Shown here in pieces: positions 62,690-64,000 of a DNA stretch of 64,000 bases. The notes beneath the pieces were generated by a model. That model was not told the DNA's origin, ran no database searches, and saw nothing but the letters and a program-made list of their open reading frames with translations. The DNA lies in the NCBI GenBank assembly GCA_902776475.1, contig CACYQD010000014.1, positions 68,146 to 132,145 of the forward strand, given 5' to 3'. Position 1 is the first letter of the stretch, and each line of letters begins with the position of its first letter. Position numbers and translations under genes: made by a program. Source of the stretch: an uncultured Prevotellaceae bacterium (GTDB lineage Bacteria; Bacteroidota; Bacteroidia; Bacteroidales; Bacteroidaceae).

Positions 62690-62870
62690 CTTCAATTTTC
62701 AATCGGCGTAGCCGAAATCAATCTTCAATCGGCCGAAGACCTTCGGCTTTCGCCGAACTCGATCTTCAATCGGCGCAGCCGAATTCAATCTTCAATTTTC
62801 AATATTCAATATTCAATCGGCGTAGCCGAACTCAATCTTCAATCGGCCAAAGGTCTTCGGCCTTGGCCGC
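62690..62870. repeat. Hairpin array of the TTCAATCGGC-loop-GCCGAA family after the SLBB gene
   Basis: Five units, reverse complement of those at 43643-43780. Confidence 0.85.
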
Positions 62871-64000
62871 TTATTTCACAATATTCGCAATCGTGGCTAT
62901 GATGGCTGCGAACGAACCTACTGAAGTGGCGATGCTCAGCGTCTCCTGGATAGAGGTCTTGCTGATGGGTTTCGAGGGCACCACAATCTCACAACCGGGC
63001 TGGGGCTTGGCGCCATGGTTGACCTTGGCCACCTTGCCGCTCATGTAGATGATGTAGGCCTGGCGCTTGCGAGCCTTCGTACCATAGCCGCCGGCCTGGT
63101 CGATGTAGTAGCTGGCTTTGCGGCCGGCCTCATAGGCCACGGAGTTGGGGTGCATCACCTCACCACTGATCTTCACGGTACCAGTGTATTGAGGCACGAT
63201 GATGCGGTCGCCCTCACGCAATACGATGTCCTCGTCACCGCCGGGGTTGCCCATGGCCAGGTCGAGGGAGATACCAACGGGGTAGGTCTCGCCAATCTCA
63301 TATTTCTGCAACTGCTGACTTTGGTTGATGTTGGCCAGGTTGGAGTTGCCGCTCTTGGCTATCTGTTCAAGCATGTTGGTCTCTGCCTGTTCGCGGGCTT
63401 TCTTGAGAGCCTCTATGGCGTTGAGCCGCTCCTCCTGGGTGTAGCGGCGCTCCAGACGGGCACCCTTCACATAGGCACGGTCGTTGACACCGCCGGCGGC
63501 TTTCACGAGATCGCTTAGACGCATGTTCTTCGAAGCGATGGTATAGGTGCCGGCAAACATCACCTCTCCTTCTATCATCACGTTCTGCAACTTGTTGCTG
63601 CCTGGGCTCTTGCGCACATACACCTCATCGAAGGGCATGAGCGTGAAACCAGGCTCACCCTCGATCACAAAACCGTCTTTGAGCTGGAAACTATAGGTGT
63701 GGCTGAGCAGCGAGTCGGTGGTCAGCGCACTGGGGTTGTTGATGCGCCTCGAGACATCGACCTTCATGGTCGAGGCGGTCTCGGTGAGTCCTCCGGCTTG
63801 CAGGATGAAGTCCTCGATGGTCTCATTGGAGGCGTAGCGATAGACACCGGGGAAGTGCACCTCGCCGTGGATGGTGATGGTCTGCTCCTCCATCAGGTCC
63901 TGCCGGGTGGGGATGAACAGCACATCGTTGGGCTGCAGGTCGATGTCGGCCTTTGTGCCGTCGAGGATACCGTCGATGTCGAGGCGGAGCACCTCCAGGG
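62871..64000 (-). CDS. SLBB-domain polysaccharide export protein (Wza/KpsD-like), C-terminal part; gene starts beyond the window
   Basis: ITIHGEVHFPG.Y..ED.ILQAGG, VMIEGEVMFAG, VKISGEVMHP..YIDQAGG; PGCEIVVP. Confidence 0.88.
   Translation of the reverse strand, partial: LEVLRLDIDGILDGTKADIDLQPNDVLFIPTRQDLMEEQTITIHGEVHFPGVYRYASNETIEDFILQAGGLTETASTMKVDVSRRINNPSALTTDSLLSHTYSFQLKDGFVIEGEPGFTLMPFDEVYVRKSPGSNKLQNVMIEGEVMFAGTYTIASKNMRLSDLVKAAGGVNDRAYVKGARLERRYTQEERLNAIEALKKAREQAETNMLEQIAKSGNSNLANINQSQQLQKYEIGETYPVGISLDLAMGNPGGDEDIVLREGDRIIVPQYTGTVKISGEVMHPNSVAYEAGRKASYYIDQAGGYGTKARKRQAYIIYMSGKVAKVNHGAKPQPGCEIVVPSKPISKTSIQETLSIATSVGSFAAIIATIANIVK

Overview
64 kb of a Bacteroidales chromosome, most likely a rumen-type Prevotella/Segatella relative (TAnnTTTG -7 promoter boxes, AT-rich translation starts, Bacteroidales gene families). 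From left to right: (1) a glycan-degrading cluster (GH2 C-terminus, a 1352-aa BspA-LRR/dockerin surface protein, GH127, CE15) around a 5'-damaged tRNA-Arg(CCG) with a duplicated att-like 3' end; (2) asnA, dnaX, a LysM protein and a PorT-like protein; (3) a putative dipeptide cluster (POT transporter, two MFSD1-like MFS paralogues, a DPP5-like S9 peptidase) with queC and yidC; (4) DUF3078, DUF1573 and an uncharacterised TPR-like plus GH18-like gene pair; (5) a putative extracellular nucleic-acid utilisation locus (non-specific nuclease, OB-fold lipoproteins, SusD-less TonB receptor, EEP nuclease, UDG-family enzyme, uridine kinase, phosphatase); (6) cutC, a PNGase-like transglutaminase, GH28, GT4 and a rhamnogalacturonan-lyase-like fusion; (7) a Wzy-dependent surface polysaccharide locus in two convergent halves. 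Intergenic DNA carries several dispersed repeat families: GTAG-REP composites, hairpin arrays oriented with transcription, a promoter-carrying repeat, and 8/9/23/32-bp tandem repeats. No CRISPR array, transposase or integrase was seen. Family calls come from motif recognition, not database searches.
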